Below, one piece after another: positions 1 to 9,726 of a DNA stretch of 64,000 nucleotides. Numbering within the stretch: position 1 is the first letter of the stretch; every line of letters begins with the position of its first letter. The translations under genes and the position numbers were made by a program. Under the pieces are notes generated by a model. That model was not told the DNA's origin, searched no databases, and saw only the letters and a list, made by a program, of their open reading frames with translations. The stretch is taken from IMG/VR virus record IMGVR_UViG_3300035684_000001, positions 1 to 64,000 of that record. One strand, given 5' to 3'. Source of the DNA: a virus.

Positions 1-279
1 GTCCTTCAAAAAAGTTATGCCGAGATTGGCCCCAGCTTTGTGAAGCTGCTGAGCGATGCCCCAGGCGATCGAGCGATTGTTGGCAATGCCCGTAACAAGA
101 GCATTTTTTCCGGTCAAATCTATCATCTTGTTGTATCGAAACTAAACGAACAAGGACATACCGATCGCCCGCAACTTACCAACAAGGATGTGGCGTGGCT
201 GCGGGGTAAACTCCCAAATTGCTATATTTGCGCCGACTATCAAAATCCAGATCAATCTAGACAATTCAAAAAGAAGTAA
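1..279 (+). CDS. hypothetical protein, 3' part (5' end outside window)
   Basis: Frame is open from base 1 to TAA at 277-279. Confidence 0.55.
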   Translation, partial: VLQKSYAEIGPSFVKLLSDAPGDRAIVGNARNKSIFSGQIYHLVVSKLNEQGHTDRPQLTNKDVAWLRGKLPNCYICADYQNPDQSRQFKKK

Positions 280-461
280 AACTGTTCTTGCAAAAATATG
301 GTACAATCACGTCCCAGATTCACAAGAGCGAAAAAAATAGATCTGGAACGTGTTATACGTTAGAATATTGTGGAATAGATTTACCAAGCAGCTTATGGCA
401 AACGGTAACAGTACGAGAGCATTTATTGCTTGAGGTGCTGCAGCCCGTACAAGTCAAAAGT

Positions 462-1301
462 TCAAGAGTCAAACCTGAACACGCCTTTGCGCCACGCCCA
501 AAAATCCGGTGCTCTTTTGCTGATTGAAATTTCTAGTTCTGGTGTTACCCACAGGACGATCGCGAACGGTAATTCCTGCAACGCTTCCCGCGTCCACTGC
601 AAGTATCCAAAAAATACTTCTTGCTCCGATCGCCCTTCCCCAACTTGCTTGCAATCTCGCAACTCATTCGCACCAGTCACGGTGATAACCGCTTTCCCGC
701 GTTGTTGCAAATGAGGTTCTTGCTCAACCAGTCGGGCGATCGCCAGCCGCATACTCGGTTCGTCTTTTGGTAGTCCAACTCGGTAGCGGCGGATATCCGG
801 GTCAAGTTCTGTTTCGTACTCGGCGATCGTGCGATCGCGCATTTCCTTATCGCTGCAAACTGCTAAGAGCAAATTGAGGCTGTCTGGTCTGGCTTCAATG
901 GATACCAACAAATCATCAAAACTATTTTGATTTTGGCCACCAATAGTTGACTTGACACTCCCCAGCCTAAAGGCATGGCCATTTGGAAGATACTCTGTTG
1001 GGTAAGCCACCGCAAAAGATATTTGATCGACATTTTTCAAGCGATATTCACCAAAACTATAGACAAGAAAAAATGTTTTACCAACATCGTCTTGGACAGT
1101 ACCCATTATAAGACAATTATTCCAAGTACGTCGTCCTTTGTGAAGATGTCGCCTTTCGTCAATAAAAAACCCTTTTTGTGGAAGATCGAAATAATTGATT
1201 TGTTCTTCAGGTACGGGTTTGATTGAAATTTCATCTATTGGTTCCATATTTTTTAGTTGTAGTGGACAATTAATTACAAATTGAATTATCCGATTGCCCA
1301 A
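462..1301 (-). CDS. hypothetical protein; C-terminus resembles the inactive-STAND-like segment of cyanobacterial TPR proteins
   Basis: 279-aa ORF containing FFGYLQWTREAL...FAIVLWVT...KRAPDFWAWRKGVFRF. Confidence 0.6.
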   Translation of the reverse strand: MGNRIIQFVINCPLQLKNMEPIDEISIKPVPEEQINYFDLPQKGFFIDERRHLHKGRRTWNNCLIMGTVQDDVGKTFFLVYSFGEYRLKNVDQISFAVAYPTEYLPNGHAFRLGSVKSTIGGQNQNSFDDLLVSIEARPDSLNLLLAVCSDKEMRDRTIAEYETELDPDIRRYRVGLPKDEPSMRLAIARLVEQEPHLQQRGKAVITVTGANELRDCKQVGEGRSEQEVFFGYLQWTREALQELPFAIVLWVTPELEISISKRAPDFWAWRKGVFRFDS

Positions 1302-1367
1302 AATGCGGTCAATTTGTCGTACCTACTATTTTACACGAAACCACTCAAAAATTATATTACATAAATA

Positions 1368-1396
1368 TTGACATCTGCAATACAATTGTCTAAGAT
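1368..1396 (+). promoter_or_regulatory. sigma70-type promoter of the csx3-like unit
   Basis: TTGACA-17 nt-TAAGAT; AGGAG SD before ATG 1427. Confidence 0.65.
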
Positions 1397-1426
1397 AATT
1401 TTATGAATTAAATTCAGGAGACACAC

Positions 1427-1732
1427 ATGGAAGTTAAAGTGACCGAAAATAATGGCGTGACGCTGTTGGAGATTTTGAAAGACGGCAATCCTGTTAATGC
1501 TCAAAATCCAGTGTTTATTGAGGAATTGCCAGATTTGGTGATTCCAGAACTTTCTGGCGGGTCTGTGGCGATCGTCTCGGGGATGCCTTTCTGGGCTTCT
1601 AGCCGGGTTATGCTTGCTGTCAAGAATATTTTTGGGGCGATCGCCGTGTACGATCCCAAACTAGCCGGCGGCGTGGTAGTACACACCACATCACCTAATT
1701 ATAAAGTTGGTGCCATACTCCCTTTGGGCTAG
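1427..1732 (+). CDS. csx3: Csx3/Crn3-like (ring nuclease family) protein
   Basis: 101 aa; IVSGMPFW...AIAVYDPKLAGGVVVHTTSPNYKVGAIL parallels the Csx3 pattern ISGRGPIW...VAVYDPRLGAVVV.SH...GDVI. Confidence 0.7.
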   Translation: MEVKVTENNGVTLLEILKDGNPVNAQNPVFIEELPDLVIPELSGGSVAIVSGMPFWASSRVMLAVKNIFGAIAVYDPKLAGGVVVHTTSPNYKVGAILPLG

Positions 1733-1743
1733 CTTATCTTTGC

Positions 1744-1887
1744 TTGTCCCGGCGTCAAAGTAGAAAGCCGGGTCCCAAACCCACGGGTAAAGGTTTGACA
1801 GTTTACATCCCGTTTAAAATCTGCGAATCCGCTCGAAACTGCGAATGGGAACCCGTAATTGACTGGTTCAAGAATTGTTTAGAATGA
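1744..1887 (+). CDS. small basic protein (47 aa, TTG start), possible DNA-binding regulator
   Basis: My translation: LSRRQSRKPGPKPTGKGLTVYIPFKICESARNCEWEPVIDWFKNCLE; fills the gap between csx3 and the terminator. Confidence 0.5.
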   Translation: MSRRQSRKPGPKPTGKGLTVYIPFKICESARNCEWEPVIDWFKNCLE

Positions 1888-1927
1888 AAAAGCGGGCGAT
1901 CGAATAACTCCGATCGCCCGCTTTTTT
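1887..1927. terminator. bidirectional intrinsic terminator with HIP1-based arms
   Basis: AAAAAGCGGGCGATCG-loop-CGATCGCCCGCTTTTTT. Confidence 0.8.
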
Positions 1928-2011
1928 ACAACTAAAATAGATTTAAACCAAGCTTATAATTTTTGTTGGGTGTGTAATCATTTCTTTCAAATCATCAGCA
2001 GAAGCTCGTGC

Positions 2012-2770
2012 TCATTGTTCTAGTTTCTTCTTGGCTCTTGTGGACAATCTATTTAGCGTAGTTGAATATCTTTTTACCAAATTTTCTAAATCATAAGTAT
2101 AGCCTGATATTGCGATCGTCATTTCGTAGCCCGGATTTTCTCGCTTGATCGCGTTTAAAATTGCGTCAACCAAGCAATCCAGTGCCAACACGCATTCATC
2201 AAAAGTTTTTTTCTGCCCGATCGCCCGCAGCAAAATCAAATAAGCACTTGCCCGCATCCGCCAGAAAAAGCTAGTAGGTTCTGCGTCGATAATCTCGCAG
2301 GCAAGTTTTCGCCAAGATTCTTTCTCGTCTGGAGAGAGCGTTGTCCAGTTGTTTTGGATCGCGGTCGCTTTGTGGGCGATCTTTTGAGTTAGTTTCTGAA
2401 GGTAATCTGGTTTGAAATTGACGAGTTCGCGACGGTGGAACTGTCGTATTTGGTGTTGTAGCGCAGCAAGCATTTGAGAGGTGTAGAGTATGCTTTGGCG
2501 TTCCAGTTCCAAATCTGAACGGTACAGTGCTTCTTGTTTCAACCAAAATTCTGCTGTGTTCTCCAGTACATTCTCTAGTTTGACGGCTAGCTCGCTGGTG
2601 ACAAGGGTTTCGCCGCTGAGTAGCGAATTCACGAAGTCTTCCGTGCATTGCAGGCGATCGGCCAACTCAGATGGATTCCAACCGCGTTTTTTCATCAAAT
2701 CGGCGATCGTCGCTCCCGGTGGCGGAGAACCCCAGTCTGGACAGAAAGGATGGGTATGTGTTTTAGTCAT
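2012..2770 (-). CDS. HigA-like XRE HTH fused to an unknown C-terminal domain
   Basis: PPGATIADLMKKRGWNPSELADRL...VTSELAVKLENVLENTAEFWLKQEALY. Confidence 0.7.
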   Translation of the reverse strand: MTKTHTHPFCPDWGSPPPGATIADLMKKRGWNPSELADRLQCTEDFVNSLLSGETLVTSELAVKLENVLENTAEFWLKQEALYRSDLELERQSILYTSQMLAALQHQIRQFHRRELVNFKPDYLQKLTQKIAHKATAIQNNWTTLSPDEKESWRKLACEIIDAEPTSFFWRMRASAYLILLRAIGQKKTFDECVLALDCLVDAILNAIKRENPGYEMTIAISGYTYDLENLVKRYSTTLNRLSTRAKKKLEQ

Positions 2771-2829
2771 GTTTTACTTTTTGCTAAAATTGTCTTGCAA
2801 ACAACTAACTTATCTTTTGACGATCTTAA

Positions 2830-3060
2830 ATGAATACTGAAAAAAATTACACGCCTGTCAACCCCGATCGCCCCTTGCTCCCGCCCGCAAAAACGACAAG
2901 CAGGAGGGAAATGCTAGACAAAATAGAATCTGGAGAAATTCAACTAAATTACAGCTACTTGCCGTACCAACCGTTAGAGCCAAAACCTCTCAATATCGAT
3001 ACAACACGGTTTCCATTGGTAGATCCCAACAAACCGCCAGAACGAGTAATCCATTTGTAA
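2830..3060 (+). CDS. hypothetical protein
   Basis: 76-aa ORF with ATG, co-oriented with the next gene. Confidence 0.5.
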   Translation: MNTEKNYTPVNPDRPLLPPAKTTSRREMLDKIESGEIQLNYSYLPYQPLEPKPLNIDTTRFPLVDPNKPPERVIHL

Positions 3061-3108
3061 CCGCTCAGTATAATTTGAATCAACAACAGAAAAACAAGGA
3101 GTTGTCAC

Positions 3109-4101
3109 ATGGGCAAAGAAATCAAGCGAGTTTCTTTGGATTTTGATTGGCCGTTAAGTAAAACTTGGCATGGATATATTAACCCGTACAATTCTTGCGA
3201 GTGTTCTTGTTGTGAAGGATCTGGTTACAGTCCCGGTGCAAGGGAGTTAAAAAAGCAATGGTACGGTAAATCAAGCTTTGATCCAAGTATGACAGGGAGT
3301 AATCGCTGGACTTCTGAAGATGAAGACGTAATAAAATGTGCAAAAAATAATTTCAGGAATCGAGAAGTTTCCGAATCGACAGTTCATTATGAAGCTAGAC
3401 GATTGGCAGCACATTTTAATTCTTGCTGGAGTTACAATTTAGACCAAGACGATGTTTACGCCCTTGCGCTCAATGATCGATTATGGGATTTTACTCGCAA
3501 CTTCATTCCCGGAGTGGGTTGGCAAAAAAAGCTGGAGACTAAAGGTTTCTGGTGTCCTAAAGGGAAAGAAGTAGTCCCCCGGTGTTCTGAACAGCAATAC
3601 TTCTGTTCAGAACACCAGTGTCAAATGGAACTATTAGAGCCAGACGACGTGCGCCTGCACGTTCCTTCGACAGTTGATGTCAACCGCTGGGCTATTCAAG
3701 GGTTGGGACACGATTCAATCAATGCTTTAATCTGCATTAAAGCTAAATGCGAAAGGCTAGGAATCGATCCAACTTGCGATTGGTGCAAAGGTGAAGGAAC
3801 CCTGTGGCAATCAGAACAACTGAAGATCCTTCATGAAAATTGGGTAAAAATTGAACCACCCGTCGGGGAAGGATGGCAAGTATGGGAAACAGTCAGCGAA
3901 GGAAGTCCCGTTTCGCCCGTGTTTAATTCTGCTGAATCCTTAGTATCTTGGCTGGAATCCGAAGGATATTCTACGCTGGCGGCGGAAAATTTTGTCAAAT
4001 CTGGTTGGGTTTCTTCAGGTGTTTTTGTTAATTCAGAATCAAAATCGGGCGGTCATTTTTACTCAGACATTGAATCGGCGGTTTTGCACGAACGAAAATA
4101 G
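3109..4101 (+). CDS. phage-type Cys-rich hypothetical protein
   Basis: 330 aa; SD AGGAG; CxxCxGxG motifs; EPPVGEGWQVWETVSEGSPVSPVF. Confidence 0.75.
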   Translation: MGKEIKRVSLDFDWPLSKTWHGYINPYNSCECSCCEGSGYSPGARELKKQWYGKSSFDPSMTGSNRWTSEDEDVIKCAKNNFRNREVSESTVHYEARRLAAHFNSCWSYNLDQDDVYALALNDRLWDFTRNFIPGVGWQKKLETKGFWCPKGKEVVPRCSEQQYFCSEHQCQMELLEPDDVRLHVPSTVDVNRWAIQGLGHDSINALICIKAKCERLGIDPTCDWCKGEGTLWQSEQLKILHENWVKIEPPVGEGWQVWETVSEGSPVSPVFNSAESLVSWLESEGYSTLAAENFVKSGWVSSGVFVNSESKSGGHFYSDIESAVLHERK

Positions 4102-4278
4102 ATCGAATTGAAGAAAGGGCGATCGGATTGCGGGCGATCGCCCCTTTCATTGTTAAAATTTATCTTTCGGCAGACATTGCCCAGAAAGCATTGAGAACGA
4201 AAAAGAATGTACCAGTTAGCAGAAAGCCTTTCGTTTTTTTAATGATTTTTAGTTTTCTTTCAGTTAACAGCTCAATGT

Positions 4279-4550
4279 TCATCGCTTTTTCCCCGGTTCG
4301 GTTTCAACAAGCTCGAACCCTAGGCGATCATAAAAAGTATTGGAAAGTAAATTTTCCGGACATTTGGCAACAATGCGGTCGCACCCGTTTTCTATCGCGC
4401 TGCACAGCACTTGGTAAAACAGCAGTCGCCCCCAGCCTTCTTTTTGGCGATCGGGCAGCACTGCTATAGGGAATAAATGGTGGTTTGTTTGTCCCGGCGG
4501 TGGTGGAAATGGGCAAATCCAATTCCTTCGATAACCTCAAGATTGTTCTT
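4279..4550 (-). pseudogene. frameshifted GNAT acetyltransferase remnant
   Basis: GFAHFHHRRDKQTTIYS in one frame continues as IAVLPDRQKEGWGRLLFY...SNTFYDRLGF in another. Confidence 0.6.
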
Positions 4551-4822
4551 CGCTTGGCTTTTGCTACTTTATCAAACTTGCGGGCGAGCGATCGGGCGAC
4601 GCGCTCTTGATTGTATGCCCGTCCTTCCGGTGTCTTCAGCCAGCACTTGTTTAGGCACAGGTCAAAAGCGACACACAGGTTGTTGTTATTTTTCCCGCCA
4701 CAGTTCGGACAGCGGGCGACTTCACCCTGTTTTTTCCTCTCTCTCCATTTCTGTTGCTGTTCTTTGGTTGCCACAACACTGCTTTTAACATGGTTTCTAC
4801 AGATCTCGATCAGTAATCCCAT
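4328..4822 (-). CDS. hypothetical protein with CxxC motif; 3' part overlaps the GNAT remnant
   Basis: RCPNCGG...DLC..KC motif; start is uncertain (GTG near 4774). Confidence 0.4.
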   Translation of the reverse strand: MGLLIEICRNHVKSSVVATKEQQQKWRERKKQGEVARCPNCGGKNNNNLCVAFDLCLNKCWLKTPEGRAYNQERVARSLARKFDKVAKAKRRTILRLSKELDLPISTTAGTNKPPFIPYSSAARSPKRRLGATAVLPSAVQRDRKRVRPHCCQMSGKFTFQYFL

Positions 4823-6990
4823 CGCCCTCTCGGTCCGACATCGATATGAACGAAACCACCGTGTTTTACGGCTAACCCTCCTTCGTAAGATCCCTCTAAT
4901 TCTCGGTAGAGCGCCATTTCTCCACCATTGGTTTCATAGTAGAAATCAACAGCTCCCCCCGTGAGGTGATAACTTTGTGCCGCCCCTTGCGCCGCTGCAT
5001 TGGCTGCCGGATCTCGATACCAAGAAGTGATGTTCCAAGATTTGCCTGCACCTACAGATTTTGCAGTTAGAGGTGTAATCACCTGGCAAATTTTGATGAT
5101 TTGATTCATCACTTCTTTAGTGGGGACGCGCTCGCCGTTGCGGGTGGCGATCGCCCACGTATATGGCGACCCAGGAATTATTGGGTCTGCTAATTTGATA
5201 GTTCCCCATTCCGGTGCTTGGATAACGCCAGTGGGATGCTGCTTGGGTGGCTGAGTGGATACGGCGGTGGCGGAAACCATAGTTTTGTCGTTGACATTGA
5301 ATCCTTTGACCGTGATTGCGCCGAAGCCAGATTGTAGCTGTACTCCCATGCGTCGCTTGACATTGACATCAATGAATGCGGCTCGATTTTTCTGGTAGTC
5401 CAAGACAACACCCGATGGAGTTCCAGTTCCCGGTGCTGCTTGAGTGACGGTATTTCCTCTGGCAATTACCGTCTGCCCTTTCAGCGCCGCATCTTTTTGC
5501 GTCGCTTCGAGCATGGTTTGCGACATAGCGACTTTCCCCGCACCCGTCAGTTTGAACAAAGATTTATCGCTAACCTTGAGGTCTGTTGCCTTGGTGAAAA
5601 CCTCAGTATTTAATATTTGATCTTTCGGATTCCGATCGCCCAGTTTAGCCATGTCCGCCTCAAAATTTGCAGAGGCTGCATTAAACGTAGGAGTTACGGG
5701 TGCTGTACTTGTTGATTTTTCTTTTTTTTTCTCAGTGTCTGCGGTCGCTGAGGGTGCGAGCGGTTTGCGGTCTACTTTAGGTACATCGGTTTTTTCTACA
5801 TCAGTTTTCCCTGCGACAGGTGCAGCAGTTTTTGGTTTCCCCTCTTTCTTCTCGCGGGCTTCTTTTTCTAACTCGGTTTCCATCACTTCGCCTTTGACGC
5901 GGATTGCCCCCGTCCCGGTCATTCCCATCGCTTTTGCCGCGTCTTTGCTCAATTCTAGAACCCATCCGCCGGGACCAATCGACTTATCGTTAATTGTGAT
6001 GATTGCCGTTTTGTTATTTGCGGTATTGGTAATCCTTACTCGCGATGTCAGCGGCAGCGTCGCGTGAGTTGCAGTCATCCCGACTCCGCCTCCCATGAAA
6101 ATAGCTTCTCCTTCAAACGTGCTGGTGATGTGTTCATCGGTTTTTTCATCTTTCAGCGGCTGTTCAGTCCCTCCAGGGGCTTGAATGGCTGGAGCACCCG
6201 TTGCCATTTTTTGAGAAGTATCTACCGCTTCCACCTCCGTACCGTCCGGAAACTTGCGCCCGATAGCGAACAACACTCCTACAAATTTATTGATCTTGAA
6301 TCCGTTGACAAATCCGGCTTCAATCTCGATCTTGGAATGTTTGAGCAACTGCTTGCGGATCGAATCGTCTGGGTCATTGATGATAAATTTTGCAGTTGAA
6401 GTTTGATAAGTCGAAAGCCGAATGAACGGCACTCCCAATATGTCGCCCTTTGTTGAATCAATTACGATCTCTCCTGTTTCTGGCGGTTTAGCGTCTTTGT
6501 TCTCGGGAGCCATCAGTTTGGCGAGTTCGGTTTCAACAAAATTACCGACAGCTTTTTTTTCGGCTTTTTCGGCAACCGCTTTGTCCTTCGACTTTTCCAG
6601 TGATGCTTCCAATGCCTGCCTGCTAGAATCTATTTTGGGTTTGGCAAGCGCGGGTTTTTTGAGTCCTTTTTTCAACTCTTCGACTTTTGCAAAAATCTTG
6701 TCCTGCAAATCCTCCTTTTTTGTTTCAGAGGTAGGAGGAGCGGGGGCAGTTGCCCCATCGCTTTTTACTCCGGCAACACCGCTGATTTTGGCGCGGAAAA
6801 ACCACCGCAGGCGATCGTCCCCTTCCTTTTTGTCGGATTTTGGAGTTTCCTTGGGCGACTTTTTCAGATCGATAGCTTTTAGCGCGGTGTCCGATTTTGG
6901 AGCTGCGACAGATGGAGCAGTAGTGGGAGATGCGGGGGCGGTGGGAACCGTGGGGGCGATCGGTTTAGTAGGGGCTTTGACTTCTTCCAT
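4810..6990 (-). CDS. putative tail/baseplate hub (late-control D-like) protein with RlpA-like DPBB and C-terminal peptidase M15A domains
   Basis: MTATHATLPLTSRVRITNTANNKTAIITIND...LELSKDAAKAMG (DPBB); ITSWYRDPAAN...SYHLTGGAVDF...FVHIDVG (M15). Confidence 0.7.
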   Translation of the reverse strand: MEEVKAPTKPIAPTVPTAPASPTTAPSVAAPKSDTALKAIDLKKSPKETPKSDKKEGDDRLRWFFRAKISGVAGVKSDGATAPAPPTSETKKEDLQDKIFAKVEELKKGLKKPALAKPKIDSSRQALEASLEKSKDKAVAEKAEKKAVGNFVETELAKLMAPENKDAKPPETGEIVIDSTKGDILGVPFIRLSTYQTSTAKFIINDPDDSIRKQLLKHSKIEIEAGFVNGFKINKFVGVLFAIGRKFPDGTEVEAVDTSQKMATGAPAIQAPGGTEQPLKDEKTDEHITSTFEGEAIFMGGGVGMTATHATLPLTSRVRITNTANNKTAIITINDKSIGPGGWVLELSKDAAKAMGMTGTGAIRVKGEVMETELEKEAREKKEGKPKTAAPVAGKTDVEKTDVPKVDRKPLAPSATADTEKKKEKSTSTAPVTPTFNAASANFEADMAKLGDRNPKDQILNTEVFTKATDLKVSDKSLFKLTGAGKVAMSQTMLEATQKDAALKGQTVIARGNTVTQAAPGTGTPSGVVLDYQKNRAAFIDVNVKRRMGVQLQSGFGAITVKGFNVNDKTMVSATAVSTQPPKQHPTGVIQAPEWGTIKLADPIIPGSPYTWAIATRNGERVPTKEVMNQIIKICQVITPLTAKSVGAGKSWNITSWYRDPAANAAAQGAAQSYHLTGGAVDFYYETNGGEMALYRELEGSYEGGLAVKHGGFVHIDVGPRGRWDY

Positions 6991-7058
6991 AAATATAAAA
7001 ATTCCTGCCTAGGGAAATCCCAGACAGGGTAGGTGTTGAATTTTTGAATGCAATTAAC

Positions 7059-7643
7059 TTAGACTGGCGGTTCTTTAGTTTTCAACTTTTGATTTTCGTT
7101 CAACAAAAATTCTGCGATCACCACAAGAGTTTCAATATCCCGCCTAGAATCGACTATAAAATAAGCATCCTGTTCGTTGTCTAGCGGTTCTTCAACTTCT
7201 AGAACTTTGATAGCCTCATCCCCTATTTCATGTATTTCAGAACCCCGAGAGTCGCCCCTGCTAGCTGAATATTCCAAAACTCGTTTGTTTTCTAGTCCTT
7301 CTTCTTCTCGCGATCCGAAATTAGTTTCCCAGTTTGCCCACCGCCAAGGTCCCTGAGTGACTCCCGCCAATTTGTATTTGATATCTTCGATTATGCTTGC
7401 AATAGCTTGCGGGTTTAAATCTTGACTATCTGCAACATTTTTTTGTTGTTTAGACAATAAATCAAGGTGTTTATCAACCGCTTCCTGAAAATTTTTGACT
7501 GCTTCTTTTGGCGTTTCACCTTGAAAAGTAATTGCAGAACGATACCTTGTTGCTACTGCATTGCCAAAAAAAGACTCGCTGTCTTGGTCGTACTCGAATA
7601 TTCCTTCGTAACCTTTGTATTCTGAAATTAACATTTTACACAT
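7059..7643 (-). CDS. HicB-like N-terminus fused to an Ead/Ea22-like phage domain
   Basis: YKGYEGIFEYD...ITFQGETPKEAVKNFQEAVD (HicB); TQGPWRW...DAYFI...DIETL (Ead/Ea22-like). Confidence 0.6.
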   Translation of the reverse strand: MCKMLISEYKGYEGIFEYDQDSESFFGNAVATRYRSAITFQGETPKEAVKNFQEAVDKHLDLLSKQQKNVADSQDLNPQAIASIIEDIKYKLAGVTQGPWRWANWETNFGSREEEGLENKRVLEYSASRGDSRGSEIHEIGDEAIKVLEVEEPLDNEQDAYFIVDSRRDIETLVVIAEFLLNENQKLKTKEPPV

Positions 7644-7676
7644 CCTTTGCTTAATTTTTACTTTCGATCGCCCGCT

Positions 7677-8315
7677 TTAGAATCCTTGAGACAACCCACC
7701 TAAATATCCCCTAAGATATGCTTCGGAAAGTTTTACAGGTTCTTGACCTTCAAGTGGCTTTGGACTGTTTTGCCGATGGGCGATCGGGTTGCCTTCTATA
7801 TTGTAACTGACAACAAAAAGTCGTTGAGCTTCGTCGTCTAAATCCAAAGCATCCAGACAGCCAAGATTTTGGGTAGATAAACAAACAATCACATCGTAGG
7901 CTTTTGCTAATTTAATCAACTCTTCTGTTATTTTTCTTCCCAACCTAGGGTCGAAATGACATCCAAAATCTTTAAAGCCTACAATTTGCGGCATAACGTC
8001 TGATGCGATTGCCAAAAAATACAAACAAACTAGCCTCTCTGCTCTATTTTTGCGGAGTTTTTGATCCAAGATTTTGGGGTCAAAACCGATCTCTTGCAAT
8101 ATTTCTTCAACTTTTTCTTTGCGCTCTGTTCTTAGTTTATCAATTGCGCGATCAATTTGCTTGTCTAAACCTTCTAAATCTAGTCTTGGCAAGTCGTAAA
8201 GAAAGTATGACGCTATCAATTTTGCTGGATAACAGTCAATTGCGCCCGTTTCTCCAATGAAAATATTGAACTGAGATAGGTTTAATTTAAAATGAGACAG
8301 GTCTGATCTTGACAT
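7677..8315 (-). pseudogene. internally deleted AAA_21/RloA-like ATPase
   Basis: FNIFIGETGA with a broken Walker A; HFDPRL...STQN...SEAYLRGYLGG C-terminus; too short for the family. Confidence 0.55.
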
Positions 8316-8379
8316 TGCTTTGTTTGACTTATTATAACGCTTGTAGGTATGATTTGAGTTAAAATTAATTTAATTTAAT

Positions 8380-9195
8380 TTAATTTAAATAACTCCAGCT
8401 TTTGCCGTGCTTGATATTTTCAATAGCTTTTCTAGAGACTCCAAATAATCTACTGATTTCAGCACAACTGATGTTATTGGAAAGCATATTTTTTATTTCT
8501 TTTACTTGTTCAGTATTCAGTTTTTTTAATTCTTTTGTCTCTAATAAACTCCACGTTTTACCTTGCCTAATACTTTGAACTGTCCAACGAGAAACCCCAA
8601 ATAATTGACCAACTTCGGTGCAAGTCATGCCTTCTAAAAGTAATTTCTTAATTTTTTCTGCTTGTTCAAAACTTAGTTTCCTTCCTCCTCGTGTTGTTCT
8701 TATTTTAGTTCCTACCCCTTCAACATGACTCCATCTTTTGCCAGAATTGATTTCTGAAATCGTGCGATTACCCACACCAAACCGATTTTTAATTTCTTTG
8801 AGAGTGAGTTTGTTTTCAATTAGTAATTTTTTTATTTCTATAACTTTCTCTTCGGTAAGTTTAGAGCTTGGTACTATAGACCCTTTTGTTTGTCGATTTT
8901 TATTTTTTTTGTCTGCCATATTATCAGCACAGGTGCCAAGCCATAAATGATCTGGATTGATACATCGCGGGTTGTCGCAAGTATGGCATACGTAAAGTTC
9001 TCCTGGATCTTTTCCTTTGTAAAGTTTGTAGATTACGCGAGTAAGTAAATATCGCACACCCTCAATAGAAATTGATGGTTTTTTACTGTTTTTAGAATAA
9101 TTAGTAAGCCAGCAAGACTCTTTGGAGATGATTGAGTTTTCAATTCGTTCTTTTACATTTAAAGGTATTAAAGGAATTGGTTTTATATTGCTCAT
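8380..9195 (-). CDS. HNH homing endonuclease with three tandem HTH repeats
   Basis: CHTCDNPRCINPDHLWLGTCADNMAD, then 3x KL..EQ...IK..L....EI...FGVS...I..I..GK.WS. Confidence 0.85.
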   Translation of the reverse strand: MSNIKPIPLIPLNVKERIENSIISKESCWLTNYSKNSKKPSISIEGVRYLLTRVIYKLYKGKDPGELYVCHTCDNPRCINPDHLWLGTCADNMADKKNKNRQTKGSIVPSSKLTEEKVIEIKKLLIENKLTLKEIKNRFGVGNRTISEINSGKRWSHVEGVGTKIRTTRGGRKLSFEQAEKIKKLLLEGMTCTEVGQLFGVSRWTVQSIRQGKTWSLLETKELKKLNTEQVKEIKNMLSNNISCAEISRLFGVSRKAIENIKHGKSWSYLN

Positions 9196-9249
9196 AGTTT
9201 GTGAGAAATTTTATTTGATACGATTCATGCGATAGTCCTAGAATAGAAT

Positions 9250-9723
9250 TTACCGCAAATAACTTGTTTTTAAGAATTTTTCTGCTTCTGCTTCTGTTAC
9301 TGTTATTTGAATTGGTGAACAGAAAATATCATATTTTAAAGCAAATTCAAGTAATTCTGCCGAATACTCAACTAAAGCTTTAAGTTTTACATGACAAGGA
9401 TACTCTGATTTGTTGACAAATTCAACACAATCAAGGTGTTGTCCATTGAAAACTAACAAGTCCGCAGGGATTGGTTGAATTAACCTGTAGCAATATTCTG
9501 TTACTTCTTTTAAGGCTAGTTCTAGGCTTTGTTCCAATGTCAAGTCTTTCTTCAGCCAATGAGTGTAACACTGACGACAAATTGGGTTTCGATCGCTCAG
9601 GTCTTTAAAAAATTCCTGAATGGTTTGTTTTTTGGTATCAGGCTTTAGGTTGAAGTTGTTCATACTTTGTGGGAAATACTTAGAATAAAGTATATCATTA
9701 AACCACAGGACGATCGCCCGCAT
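9250..9723 (-). CDS. hypothetical protein
   Basis: 157-aa ORF; start may be an internal ATG. Confidence 0.5.
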   Translation of the reverse strand: MRAIVLWFNDILYSKYFPQSMNNFNLKPDTKKQTIQEFFKDLSDRNPICRQCYTHWLKKDLTLEQSLELALKEVTEYCYRLIQPIPADLLVFNGQHLDCVEFVNKSEYPCHVKLKALVEYSAELLEFALKYDIFCSPIQITVTEAEAEKFLKTSYLR

Positions 9724-9726
9724 AAC

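Noticed and set aside
1740-1890. Riboswitch or structured RNA downstream of csx3
   Set aside because: No recognisable consensus; a 47-codon ORF fills the space exactly
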